Shown here: in pieces, positions 29,667 to 39,465 of the stretch
Layout: each line of letters opens with the position of its first letter
Numbering within the stretch: the first letter of the stretch is position 1
Assembly (NCBI GenBank): GCA_964628585.1
Contig: CAZVMH010000002.1
Span: forward strand, 97,751-161,750
Direction of reading: 5' to 3'
DNA: 64,000 bases
DNA from: an uncultured Candidatus Saccharibacteria bacterium
GTDB taxonomy: Bacteria > Patescibacteriota > UBA1384 > XYA2-FULL-43-10 > 1-14-0-10-43-13
Made by a program: the position numbers and the translations under genes
The notes under the pieces: generated by a model
The model's input: the letters and a program-made list of their open reading frames with translations, nothing else
Told to the model about the DNA's origin: nothing
Databases searched by the model: none

Positions 29667-30977
29667 TTAGAGCTGCCCTTGTCCTTCGTTTCCAACTGTA
29701 TCCCATTTAGCAAACTGGGCTTTATTACCGAGCTTAAGTTCAATTTCAAGTAAACGATTATATTTTGCTGTTCGTTCAGAACGACAAGGAGCACCAGCCT
29801 TAATGGTGCCACAACCAGTTGCAATGGAAAGATCTGAGATAAAGTCATCTTCTGTTTCGCCAGACCTGTGAGAAATAATTACTTTATAGCCATATTTTTG
29901 AGCTAATTCGATTGCTTCGAGTGTTTCAGAAAGGGTTCCAATTTGATTTGGTTTAATCAAAATGCCGGTGGCAGACTTGTAATCTATACCTTTTTTAAGT
30001 AAATCTTTATTGGTTGAGAAAATATCATCACCAATCAATTCGACTCGATTCCCTATTCTCTGTGTTAAATCACGCCATCCATTCCAATCATTCTGATCGA
30101 GACCGTCTTCTATTGAAATGATTGGGAATTTCTCAACCCATTTTTCATAAAAATCTACCATTTGATTTGTAGTAAGCGCAAGGTTCTCCCTATGGAGGTT
30201 GTAAATATCCTGTTCAAAAAAACGACTTGCAGCTGGGTCTAAGGCACAAAAGACGTTTTCTCCTGGAGTATAACCAGCTTCTGATATGGCCATTACCAAA
30301 AGTTCCATTGCTTGTTCGTTTGAAAAAAGCGATGGAGCAAACCCGCCTTCATCACCAACAAGGGGTTGATAGTTTCGCTCTTCCAGTATTTTGCCTAGAG
30401 AATGGTGAATTTCACAACCGGCTCGCAATGACTCACGAAAAGTTGAAAACTTGACTGGAACTACCATGAATTCCTGAAAATCTGTTGAACCGACTGCATG
30501 TTTGCCACCATTTAAAATATTCATAAAGGGAATTGGAATGGTGAGCTTATCTGTTTTTTTACCCATTAGCTGTGCCAGAAAGAGATAAAGTGGCATTTTT
30601 TGGCTCTTCGAAGCAGCTTTGGCAGAAGCGAGAGAGACCGAAAGAATTGTATTTGCACCTAGATTTGATTTATTCGGGGTTTTATCAATTTCAATCATTC
30701 TTTGATCAATAGATTGAAGATCAGAGGCGTTCATACCCAAAATTGCTTCTTTTATTGGTCCATTTACATTGGCAACGGCCTTTAGCACTCCTTTCCCTCT
30801 GTAGCGCTTAGGATCACCGTCTCGTAATTCTAGTGCTTCATTGCCTCCAGTTGAGGCACCAGAAGGAACAAACCCAAGAGAGTGCATTCCATCGGACAAT
30901 TCAATTTCACAGGCTAAAGTTGGGTTTCCCCTAGAATCCAAAACCTCTCTAGCAAGAACATTCTTTATAGTGGCCAT
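29667..30977 (-). CDS. eno: Enolase
   Basis: DSRGNPT, VPSGASTG, GDEGGFAP, KPNQIGTLSE, SHRSGETED, RSERTAKYN. Confidence 0.99.
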   Translation of the reverse strand: MATIKNVLAREVLDSRGNPTLACEIELSDGMHSLGFVPSGASTGGNEALELRDGDPKRYRGKGVLKAVANVNGPIKEAILGMNASDLQSIDQRMIEIDKTPNKSNLGANTILSVSLASAKAASKSQKMPLYLFLAQLMGKKTDKLTIPIPFMNILNGGKHAVGSTDFQEFMVVPVKFSTFRESLRAGCEIHHSLGKILEERNYQPLVGDEGGFAPSLFSNEQAMELLVMAISEAGYTPGENVFCALDPAASRFFEQDIYNLHRENLALTTNQMVDFYEKWVEKFPIISIEDGLDQNDWNGWRDLTQRIGNRVELIGDDIFSTNKDLLKKGIDYKSATGILIKPNQIGTLSETLEAIELAQKYGYKVIISHRSGETEDDFISDLSIATGCGTIKAGAPCRSERTAKYNRLLEIELKLGNKAQFAKWDTVGNEGQGQL

Positions 30978-31006
30978 AATAATCCCTCGAATTTAAATAA
31001 ATATTT

Positions 31007-32326
31007 TCAATTCACTGTAATTGTGCTGTCAGAAGAAACTATGCAGATCCAGAGTTGTCCGCGATCAAAGATAATTTCTGTGCCGCTTGCATCGTAAAAA
31101 AGCTCTCTGCTAGCAGCCGACTCCTTCTTCCATGTGCCAATTGTCTCTTGACCGTCGATGTAAAAACGAGCTTTGCCGGAACCGACCGTAGTCATGGTGT
31201 AGCCCTGCTCATTGATTTTTGTAACGGTTGATTTTTTATCAACTGTCATTGTGGCGATGTTTTTTGGGGTAATCTGATTTTTTGTGATTCTGTCGGTGTG
31301 AGGCTTGCCAGCTTGCGATCTTTTGTAAGAATTAGTTGCTTTATCATAGGCAAAAACAACATCATAGGCAGAGCTACTGCTGCCGGAGAATTTGATACTA
31401 ACATTTTGTGCTTCAGGTAGTGTTTCGGTTGGGTCTTCTTTATATTTGTAAACAGTAAAGGTATTGGCAGTAGCATATTTATTCTTTTCTGCCTGTTCTC
31501 GCAATTTTATCGTCGAAGAAAACATGGTATGTTCGGAAGCAACACCCAAACCTTTTTCTCGCCAGTATGGTCCTGAATATCTAAATTGATCTAAGTCTAA
31601 AACTCCATCAGATCTGATTTTTTCTAATGCGTCATAATTTCCACCAACATGAGCGAGGTAACCATTATAACCATGGATCCAATCAACGAAGTAAGTTCTA
31701 GCTGAACGAACGGGACCAACTTTTTCCGGTTGGTTCGTACCATAAATTGCTAAGAATCTGGTAATCCCTCCCTCTGCGATTGCTTCATAAACAACATCGG
31801 CTTGATCTAATCCAGATTGTGGTCTTGCATCAGTATGATTCTCAATAATTACACCGAGTGGATGGCGATTTGCCGAAGCCTGATCTGTCATTATACCATT
31901 TAATACTGCGGGATATTTTTCTTCTGTTGGTGGAGCAGTTGTTACTTTCTCTGGTTCTTCGATCTTTGTTTTGTCATGAGTCATTAAATATAACCCTAAA
32001 CCAAAAATTGCTATTAATAACAAACCGAGGGAAATAATAAAAATCAATCTTTTTTTAGGATTTTGAAAAAAATTTCTAATCCTTTGACCCATTTTTAATT
32101 TTTTGCCGGAAGTAGTTTTCTCGTCAGCCTTTTTGTTGTTATTGTGTTCTTCTTTTTCTTCGCCCTCATTCTTTTCAGTTTTTTTATCATCATCTTCTGT
32201 ATCATTATCGCTTTGATCAATTTTGTTTTCTTCTGGATCGGAATCTTCTTTTTTTTGCTCTTTTAGATCAATCTCTGACATTTTTCCTCCACTAAGTTTT
32301 ATTATTTTTTGTTTTTCTTTTCCCAA
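31007..32326 (-). CDS. DUF3048 (YerB-like) membrane-anchored protein
   Basis: IENHTDARPQSGLDQADVVYEAIAEGGITRFLA, GPVRSAR; acidic N-tail plus TM; true start uncertain. Confidence 0.85.
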   Translation of the reverse strand: MGKEKQKIIKLSGGKMSEIDLKEQKKEDSDPEENKIDQSDNDTEDDDKKTEKNEGEEKEEHNNNKKADEKTTSGKKLKMGQRIRNFFQNPKKRLIFIISLGLLLIAIFGLGLYLMTHDKTKIEEPEKVTTAPPTEEKYPAVLNGIMTDQASANRHPLGVIIENHTDARPQSGLDQADVVYEAIAEGGITRFLAIYGTNQPEKVGPVRSARTYFVDWIHGYNGYLAHVGGNYDALEKIRSDGVLDLDQFRYSGPYWREKGLGVASEHTMFSSTIKLREQAEKNKYATANTFTVYKYKEDPTETLPEAQNVSIKFSGSSSSAYDVVFAYDKATNSYKRSQAGKPHTDRITKNQITPKNIATMTVDKKSTVTKINEQGYTMTTVGSGKARFYIDGQETIGTWKKESAASRELFYDASGTEIIFDRGQLWICIVSSDSTITVN

Positions 32327-33240
32327 TCTCCTACTATCCCTTTCTTCCCCTCTTTTTTCTGAATAAAATCAAAAGCAGAGAGTGCTGCTTTGGCTCCTTC
32401 GCCAGCTGCAATTATAATCTGCTTATAAGCAGTATCTGTAATATCACCGGCTGCAAAAACCCCAGGAACAGATGTTTCCTGACGCGAATTGGTTTTAACC
32501 TGACCTTTTTCATTTAATTCAACAAAGTTCTCTAATATTGTTCTGTCTACAATGTAACCTATTTCAACAATTACTCCGCTTACACTCAGCGATTTCCCTG
32601 ATTTTAACTCAATTTTTTCAACGGTTTGTGAACCTGATATTTGGGCAATTTCGGACTCGAGTAGTGTTTCAATTTTTGTTTCTGCTTTTACTTTTTCAAT
32701 TAAAAATTGTTCGGCTGGAAAAGTTGTTCCCCTATAAATTAAATATATTTTTTGACAAATTTTTGAACAATAAAGTGCAGCGTCGAGAGCGGAATTACCG
32801 CCACCAATTATTGCGATAGTTTTTTCTTTAAAAAATGGTCCGTCACAGGTGGCGCAGTAAGAAACACCCTTGCCTTTAAACTCCTCTTCTCCAGGAACTC
32901 CTAGTTCGCGTGGTTTTTTGCCAGACGCGAGAATTATTGTTTTGCTCTCATAAACATTTGAACCTGTTTTTAGCTTGAAACCTTCTGATTTCTTTTGAAT
33001 ACTTTTTGCTTCTTCAAATTTAACCTCAGTTCCGAATAATTTTACTTGATTGAAGAAATTATTACATAAATCAGCCCCAGAGATTTTTTCAAATCCAGGG
33101 TAATTTTCAACATCCCATGCCTTTGAAGCTTGTCCGCCGATATCTCGTGACAAAACTAAGGTTTTAAGGGCGCGTCTTGCAGCATAAATTCCAGCAGTTA
33201 AACCAGCTGGTCCCCCGCCAACTATTATCACATCGTACAT
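32302..33240 (-). CDS. trxB: Thioredoxin reductase
   Basis: GGGPAGLTAGIY, GVSYCATCDG, GGGNSA, FAAGD. Confidence 0.93.
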   Translation of the reverse strand: MYDVIIVGGGPAGLTAGIYAARRALKTLVLSRDIGGQASKAWDVENYPGFEKISGADLCNNFFNQVKLFGTEVKFEEAKSIQKKSEGFKLKTGSNVYESKTIILASGKKPRELGVPGEEEFKGKGVSYCATCDGPFFKEKTIAIIGGGNSALDAALYCSKICQKIYLIYRGTTFPAEQFLIEKVKAETKIETLLESEIAQISGSQTVEKIELKSGKSLSVSGVIVEIGYIVDRTILENFVELNEKGQVKTNSRQETSVPGVFAAGDITDTAYKQIIIAAGEGAKAALSAFDFIQKKEGKKGIVGDWEKKNKK

Positions 33241-33266
33241 TTATTTCTCCAAAATTAATACTTATC

Positions 33267-33536
33267 TTAAACTGATAACCCACCCTTATTTAATAGAAAC
33301 TGCAACACTTTCCAAACATAATTTAATATCTGTCTTAAAGCAGGCCAGGTTCCAGGCAAACAGATTATTAATATGGCCAAGAACATCCAATGGCCGCTTT
33401 TAATAAACATATAAATTTGCCAGACCAAAAAGAAAAGAAGTACCAAAGCAATTAAGGCCTGAGCAGAAGGCGACAGGCCAGAAACCATTTTATCATAATA
33501 GCTGAAAACTTGAACCAACACGTTGTCTGCATTCAT
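33267..33536 (-). CDS. Small membrane protein
   Basis: 89 aa with two hydrophobic segments; start overlaps the upstream stop. Confidence 0.7.
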   Translation of the reverse strand: MNADNVLVQVFSYYDKMVSGLSPSAQALIALVLLFFLVWQIYMFIKSGHWMFLAILIICLPGTWPALRQILNYVWKVLQFLLNKGGLSV

Positions 33537-34264
33537 TTTGTCCCCACTACTACTAATACATTATAATTTCCGGCAATGGCGTCATCCAGTTTTTGTATGA
33601 TAGTTCTTCCTGCCAGGGCGGTAGCAACAAGTCCCGCCTCTGTTTCTTTACCGGTTTGATAATAAATATATGTGCTTGTATAAGAAAAGCTTCTTGCGTT
33701 GGCTACCTTTGTTGGACTAAAACCAGCAGTTTTGAGTGTCTGGCTTACCGATTCAGCAGATCCCTTTATTCCGTTTCCATTTAAAACACTCAATGTAATT
33801 AATGCCTTATCAATAACTGGTGCTGTTACTGCTGGAGTAGTAGGTGTTGCTGTGGTGGTCGATTCTGAAGTAGTTGAAGGTGTCTCAGTTTGCGATGTAG
33901 TAGGTGTGTTTGTATATGTTTCAGTCTTTTCTGCTGTTTCAGATTTATTTTGTGGTAAGAGGCCAACATATTTTAAAACAGCGTCATAATTTTGATAAGC
34001 GAGCAAACCGAAAAGAGCTAAAATAAAGATTGCTGCCAACCATTTGGGGACTGAACTTTTTCTTTCGGTACCAGTTTTAAGTGGTTTTTCTCGTTTCTTT
34101 TTTTTATTATAAAAAAAATCGTCTTCCAGCTGTTCATGCTCATGACCAGTTTCTATCGAAGAAGAACTTTCTCTTAAATCTTCTTCTTTAATATCAACAT
34201 TATGAGCTGGTGCTTCGCCGTAACGATAGACTTTTTTTGGTCTTATATCGTGGCTTATTCCCAT
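33533..34264 (-). CDS. LytR C-terminal domain membrane protein with Thr-rich linker
   Basis: TM, T/P-rich linker, VLNGNGIKGSA..L...GF....NA, VLVVVG. Confidence 0.85.
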   Translation of the reverse strand: MGISHDIRPKKVYRYGEAPAHNVDIKEEDLRESSSSIETGHEHEQLEDDFFYNKKKKREKPLKTGTERKSSVPKWLAAIFILALFGLLAYQNYDAVLKYVGLLPQNKSETAEKTETYTNTPTTSQTETPSTTSESTTTATPTTPAVTAPVIDKALITLSVLNGNGIKGSAESVSQTLKTAGFSPTKVANARSFSYTSTYIYYQTGKETEAGLVATALAGRTIIQKLDDAIAGNYNVLVVVGTK

Positions 34265-34400
34265 TGCCCCTCTTCCAACTATTACTTTAGTACATTATAA
34301 CAAACAAAAGTAGTTTGTAGCAAGAAAGACATCTTCGATCAAGTGGGCTATAACTATGATCCATACTACTTTCTGTATGCTATGGATTATTTGCTACTTC

Positions 34401-35324
34401 TTATTGCCATTTTTTCATCTGATCAAAATTTGAGTGCATTTTAAACTTAATAATACTTTTTTGCCAATCGTCGCCAATGACAAAATAATCTTCTTTTTGC
34501 TCATCTTTTTCATTTAGAATTGAAAGATAGCCAACATTCTCAATTTTAATATCCATAAGTTGGCAAGCCAACCAATCAACGGCCAAAGAATCAGATGAAG
34601 CAATCGCCCAATGCGCTGGCACCATATCACCATTAGCAGGTCCTTCTCCCTCCATTGCTTCATATCCATCAAGTATAGAAAGTTTTGTGGGCATCTTATC
34701 TGATATGGTGGCAATATTCATATTTAGAGCCTTTGTTCCTTGATGAATTAGAGCTTTGTTATTGCGTGGCATACCGAGCGATTCTTTGATTCTATTCATA
34801 GCCTTTGAAAAACTCGGGATAGATCTAACCAACGAACCAACCGCAACGTTTTTAATTGCACCAGTATACACAACCCCATCATGAGTTTTTGGTGGAGAAA
34901 TTGAAATTAGATAATCTGAGTTTAAAATTGTTTTGGAAACCTGGGCATTCCAGGGTTTATTATTTTTATCAATAAGTTGAACCAACTCTGACTCGTCCTT
35001 GTTTAGGTCAACTAAAGCTAAATCGTACTTTTCCTGAAGTTTTAAATAGCCATAATTTTTGAAAGCAGTCATTGTGTCACCGACTCCGGAGCCTTCGGCT
35101 AGTACAATTTGACTTTTAGCATATGGAAAAATAAATTCTAAAATTGTTTCGATTGCTTCAACATTTGTTGTGGCCAATTGATTGTTTTCTACAATACAAT
35201 TTGGCTTAATCACAATTCTTTTTGCTTTGCGCACGCCAGAAATAATCTCACTTTTAATTAAAGAGAGACATCTTTCAATGTTATATTTTCGATCATCGGA
35301 TTTAATGAATGAAACTTTAGACAT
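34401..35324 (-). CDS. DUF362 family protein
   Basis: IVIKPN, LAEGS, PKTH, GAIKN, DGYEAMEGEGP.NG, D.LAVD. Confidence 0.85.
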   Translation of the reverse strand: MSKVSFIKSDDRKYNIERCLSLIKSEIISGVRKAKRIVIKPNCIVENNQLATTNVEAIETILEFIFPYAKSQIVLAEGSGVGDTMTAFKNYGYLKLQEKYDLALVDLNKDESELVQLIDKNNKPWNAQVSKTILNSDYLISISPPKTHDGVVYTGAIKNVAVGSLVRSIPSFSKAMNRIKESLGMPRNNKALIHQGTKALNMNIATISDKMPTKLSILDGYEAMEGEGPANGDMVPAHWAIASSDSLAVDWLACQLMDIKIENVGYLSILNEKDEQKEDYFVIGDDWQKSIIKFKMHSNFDQMKKWQ

Positions 35325-35392
35325 GCTTTAACTTAAAAATTTAATACAAAAATTGAAAACCATCTACTACTTATCTTAATATAGCAGAAAAT

Positions 35393-36007
35393 TTATAATT
35401 TGAATTTGCGGATAACACCCTTAACTTTTCCCTGTATTACGACTCGATTTTTGGCAAAATGCATTGGTTTCATAGTGCTATTGGCTGGTTGAAGGCGAAC
35501 AGTATCTTTTTCATTGTAAAACCTTTTTAAAGTAGCATTTGCATTATCTACTAAAGCAACAACAATATCACCATTTTTTGCTGTATTGGTTTGTTCAATA
35601 ATGACATAATCACCGTCAAGTATGCCATCTTCTACCATGGACTCTCCTCTGACTCGCAAAGCAAAAGTTTTTTTGCCAAGCATATCGCGTGGAATGTCGA
35701 TAGTTTCGTGAGTGCGAATGGCCTCAATAGGCCTGCCGGCATCTATGACTCCCTCGAGGGGAATATTAAAAATCTCGAGTCCGTCATCGAATGCAGGTGT
35801 AAGCTGAATTGCCCGTGCTTCCATAGCGTCTTTTGTAATATAACCCTTTTCTTCAAGTATCGAGATATATTCTGCCACTGTTCCCGTTGAAGAAAATTCA
35901 AAATAATATGCAATTTCGCGAAAACTTGGTGCATAACCATTTTCATCTATGAAATGACGAAGGTATTCTAATATTTCTTTTTGCCTTCGTGTTAATGAAT
36001 TACCCAT
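35393..36007 (-). CDS. lexA: SOS repressor LexA
   Basis: LTRRQKEIL..GYAPSFREI wHTH, AG cleavage site (DAGRP), GESM, TLKR. Confidence 0.96.
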   Translation of the reverse strand: MGNSLTRRQKEILEYLRHFIDENGYAPSFREIAYYFEFSSTGTVAEYISILEEKGYITKDAMEARAIQLTPAFDDGLEIFNIPLEGVIDAGRPIEAIRTHETIDIPRDMLGKKTFALRVRGESMVEDGILDGDYVIIEQTNTAKNGDIVVALVDNANATLKRFYNEKDTVRLQPANSTMKPMHFAKNRVVIQGKVKGVIRKFKL

Positions 36008-36034
36008 TTAGCCCCCATTCTTAAATTATATAGT

Positions 36035-36102
36035 GTTCGTTTTTTGTTTGTGGAACAAATACCGAACAATTTCATTATCGAACAAAAACCAAACACTGTC
36101 AA
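36035..36102 (-). promoter_or_regulatory. lexA promoter with three GTTC-N7-GTT(C/T)-type boxes
   Basis: TTGACA-17-GATAAT. On +: GAAC-N7-AAAC (36080-94, in the spacer), GAAC-N7-GAAC (36053-67), GTTC-N7-GTTT (36035-49). Confidence 0.75.
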
Positions 36103-36217
36103 ATGGGGGCTGTGGAAAACTATTTCTATGATATTGTGATATATTAATTCACACGAGGATTTGGTGGTTCTTCCTCAACTAGCTCGCGTATCGAGCACCG
36201 GCAGGTCGGCAGTTTTG

Positions 36218-37525
36218 TCAGCCTGCTTTTCTTAATATTCCGACACATTCAATGTGGTGGGTTTGGGGGAACATATCTATTGGAACAACTTTTTGTAAGA
36301 AAATATCATACTTTTCAAACTCTTTAATGTCTCGGGCAAATGTTGAAGGGTTGCAGGAAACATAAACAATATGCTTATAGCTGGTAGTTGATAGCTTGTG
36401 GATTATCTCTTTTGATAAACCGGCGCGTGGAGGATCAATAATTATTTTGTCAAACTTTGCACTCTTATTGTTATTTAACCATTTTTCAGCATCAGCACAA
36501 ATAAATTCGCAATTTTGAATATTGTTTATTTTTGCATTGTCTTTTGCATCAGCAATAGCTTCTCGAACGGATTCAACACCAATTACTTTTTTTGCCATTG
36601 CAGAGAGATAAATGCCAATCGTTCCTGTGCCACAATATAAATCTAGTAAGGTATCCCCTATCTTTATGTTTGCGTATGATTTTATATGATTATATAGATT
36701 CTCTACTCCCATTGAATTGGTCTGAAAAAAGGATTCAGGTGAAATTTGGAATTTATATTTTCCTATTTTTTCATAAATAATTGGAGAACCAAATATTAAT
36801 CTTCTCTTCAGATTTCTCAATGACTTTCCTAGAGCTATTGTATGATAAATTGATTTAATACTTTCGATACTTCTTAAACATTCAATAATTCCCTGTTGGT
36901 TTGGTAGATCATAATCTTTGGTAATTATCTCAACCATAAATTGATCGGTAAATTTACCTTCCCTAATCTTTAATTGCCAGAAAGAAGATTTGTCTTCAAT
37001 ATTTTGATTAATATATTCTTTTAAGTTCTCTAATATCGAATCAGCAGTTTTAGACTGAAGTAAACATTTTTTAATTTCAACAAAACCTTTGTCATATAAA
37101 TAATTGTGTCGAGAAAACTGGATTTGATTCTTGCCATCAACTACAAAAAAGAATCGGATCGAATTTCTATAATAGAACTCTGAATCTGACCCTGCTACTA
37201 TCGATTCAATTTTAGTCTCAATCCCCTGTCTTTCTAGTGTTTCTTTAAAAACTTCCTCTTTAAATTTTAATTGATCTTTATAGCTAATGTTTTGGTGCTC
37301 ACAACCTCCACAACTATTAAAATAAAAACATTTAGGTTCAACGCGATAAGGCGATGATTTTAGAATTTTTGTAATTTTTCCCTTAGCAAAACTCTTTTTA
37401 TCTTCTATTAAATCAATCTCAAGCTCGTCTTCTGGCACAGATTTGTAAACAAAAATTGCTTTGCCATCGCTTTTTCTGCCAAGTCCAAAACCTCCAAAAA
37501 CTAGTTTTTCAACTTTAATTTTCAT
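36218..37525 (-). CDS. rlmD: 23S rRNA (uracil-5)-methyltransferase RlmD/RlmCD
   Basis: TRAM domain, C..F..CGGC, SFFQTN, DLYCGTGTI, DPPRAG, YVSCNP, DMFPQTHHIE; start at MKIKVEK. Confidence 0.93.
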   Translation of the reverse strand: MKIKVEKLVFGGFGLGRKSDGKAIFVYKSVPEDELEIDLIEDKKSFAKGKITKILKSSPYRVEPKCFYFNSCGGCEHQNISYKDQLKFKEEVFKETLERQGIETKIESIVAGSDSEFYYRNSIRFFFVVDGKNQIQFSRHNYLYDKGFVEIKKCLLQSKTADSILENLKEYINQNIEDKSSFWQLKIREGKFTDQFMVEIITKDYDLPNQQGIIECLRSIESIKSIYHTIALGKSLRNLKRRLIFGSPIIYEKIGKYKFQISPESFFQTNSMGVENLYNHIKSYANIKIGDTLLDLYCGTGTIGIYLSAMAKKVIGVESVREAIADAKDNAKINNIQNCEFICADAEKWLNNNKSAKFDKIIIDPPRAGLSKEIIHKLSTTSYKHIVYVSCNPSTFARDIKEFEKYDIFLQKVVPIDMFPQTHHIECVGILRKAG

Positions 37526-38063
37526 TTGCTTTAAAAAGAATAATGCCAGCGGCGGTTGCAACATTGAGTGAATTAGCAATACCTTGCATTGGAATATCAA
37601 TTGCATTATCACACAGTTCCAGCACTTCCTGACTTATACCATCAACTTCATTGCCAATAATAACGGCTAGTGGTTTTTTATAATCAAAATCTAAATAACA
37701 AATGCTTTCTTTGCACTGTTCTAACGCGACAACCTGAATATTATCAGCTTTCAATTTATTAACGATTTCGGCGGTTGATTTTGAATACTCCCATGGGACA
37801 AAATCAATAGTTTTTAAGGCTGTTTTCTCTATCTCTTTTCTTGGTGGATAAGCAGTTATGCCACAAAGATAAAGCTTTTTAATTTTGGCAGCGTCGGCAG
37901 TTCTAAAAATTGCCCCGACATTATAAATTGAGCGAATATTGTCTAAAATTAAATAGACCTCGTTGCGAGGAGATGCTTTTAGCTCATCAAGATTGCCCTT
38001 GCTCATAACCAGATCGTTCGTAGAATATTTATGATATTTCATTATCGCATTTGCATTTGTCAT
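37515..38063 (-). CDS. TrmH/SpoU-family RNA methyltransferase
   Basis: LDNIRSIYNVGAIFRTAD, GNEVDGI, IPMQGIANSLNV. Confidence 0.9.
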   Translation of the reverse strand: MTNANAIMKYHKYSTNDLVMSKGNLDELKASPRNEVYLILDNIRSIYNVGAIFRTADAAKIKKLYLCGITAYPPRKEIEKTALKTIDFVPWEYSKSTAEIVNKLKADNIQVVALEQCKESICYLDFDYKKPLAVIIGNEVDGISQEVLELCDNAIDIPMQGIANSLNVATAAGIILFKANEN

Positions 38064-39342
38064 AACGGCGTTTTAGTTCTGCAACAAGAGCAGAAGTCGG
38101 AAAAACTTCCTGAGAAGAGGCTTCTAAGTCTCGCAAAATAATCTCGTCCTTAAATGCTTCTCTCTGACCAATCATGATGGCATATTTTGCTCCGAGTTTG
38201 GTTGCCATTCGAATTTGTTGGCGCAAACCTTCGTCTGAGGGAATAAAGAAAACATTAATATCATTATTTGTAAGCTCATCATATATCTTCTTTGAAACGG
38301 CTTTTGCTTTTTCTCCGAGTTGCAAAATACAAACTTCAACTCCTCGTGTTTTTGGAACCTTAATCCCCTGCTCCTGCATTAAAAAAACAACTCGGTCTAC
38401 ACCAATTGAAAATCCTACAGCTGGTACTTCTCCACCACCGAGCAATTTTATTAAACCGTTATATCTTCCACCACCAGCAACGACATTTTGTCTGGTCTTA
38501 TCAGTTTTATCTGCAATTTCAAAAACAGTATTTGTGTAATAGTCTAAACCCCTAACCAATGTTGAATCCAGATCATATTTAATATCAAAATAATCTAGAT
38601 AGCCCAGAGCATTCTGAAAGTAGTCTCGACACTCCTTACAGAGAGAGTCTAGAATTAATGGAGCCGATTTAATAATTTTCTGGCAAGATTCTTCTTTGCA
38701 GTCAAAAATTCTTAGAGGATTTTTTTCATATCTACTCTGACAGTCTGGGCAAAGTGACTTAACTTTCTCTTTAAAGTATTTCTTAAGTTTGGCAGTAAAT
38801 TTTGGTCGACAAGTTGGGCAACCGACTGAATTGGCATAGACTTTAAGGTTTTTAAGTCCAATTCTATTTAAAATTTCCCAAGCCGACATTATGGCCAAGT
38901 AGTCTGATTTAGGACTAGAATCACCAAAAATTTCTACACCAAGTTGATAGAACTCTCGATAGCGTCCTTTTTGGGGTCTTTCTCTTCTAAACATGGCACC
39001 AGAATAATAGAGTCTAACGGGTTGGGGCCAGCTTGCCATTCCATTTTGGATAAAAGCTCGAACTGCGCCCGCAGTACCTTCTGGACGCAAAGCGTATCTA
39101 TTTTGATCATCTTTTTCACTTGAAGCTTCGAGCACAAACATCTCTTTTTGTACTATGTCCGTGCTTTCACCAATTCCTCGGGAAAAGATTTCAACATCCT
39201 CAAAGTGTGGCAAATCTATCTTCTCAAAACCAAGACCATTGAGAGTTTTTTTAGCGACATCGTCAAAAAAAGTCCAAAAAGCTTGATGCCGTGGTAAGAT
39301 GTCTCGTGTTCCGCGAGGTGACTGATAAGATTGTTTTGCCAT
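38029..39342 (-). CDS. hisS: Histidine--tRNA ligase
   Basis: LRPEGTAG, FRRERPQKGRYREFYQ, LVRGLDYY, GGGRY. Confidence 0.98.
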   Translation of the reverse strand: MAKQSYQSPRGTRDILPRHQAFWTFFDDVAKKTLNGLGFEKIDLPHFEDVEIFSRGIGESTDIVQKEMFVLEASSEKDDQNRYALRPEGTAGAVRAFIQNGMASWPQPVRLYYSGAMFRRERPQKGRYREFYQLGVEIFGDSSPKSDYLAIMSAWEILNRIGLKNLKVYANSVGCPTCRPKFTAKLKKYFKEKVKSLCPDCQSRYEKNPLRIFDCKEESCQKIIKSAPLILDSLCKECRDYFQNALGYLDYFDIKYDLDSTLVRGLDYYTNTVFEIADKTDKTRQNVVAGGGRYNGLIKLLGGGEVPAVGFSIGVDRVVFLMQEQGIKVPKTRGVEVCILQLGEKAKAVSKKIYDELTNNDINVFFIPSDEGLRQQIRMATKLGAKYAIMIGQREAFKDEIILRDLEASSQEVFPTSALVAELKRRYDKCKCDNEIS

Positions 39343-39465
39343 TTTGTACTCCTACTATTACAAAAATAGTTTACTGATCAAATCGTAGCAACATGAGAGC
39401 CAAAAATCAAGAAGAATCATTAGCAATGATCGGCAGGCAAAGATTTCACGGACAACAATTATTAC

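Noticed and set aside
36150-36230. Short hairpins between rlmD and lexA
   Set aside because: Imperfect, short stems without promoter/terminator support; probably palindromic repeat remnants.
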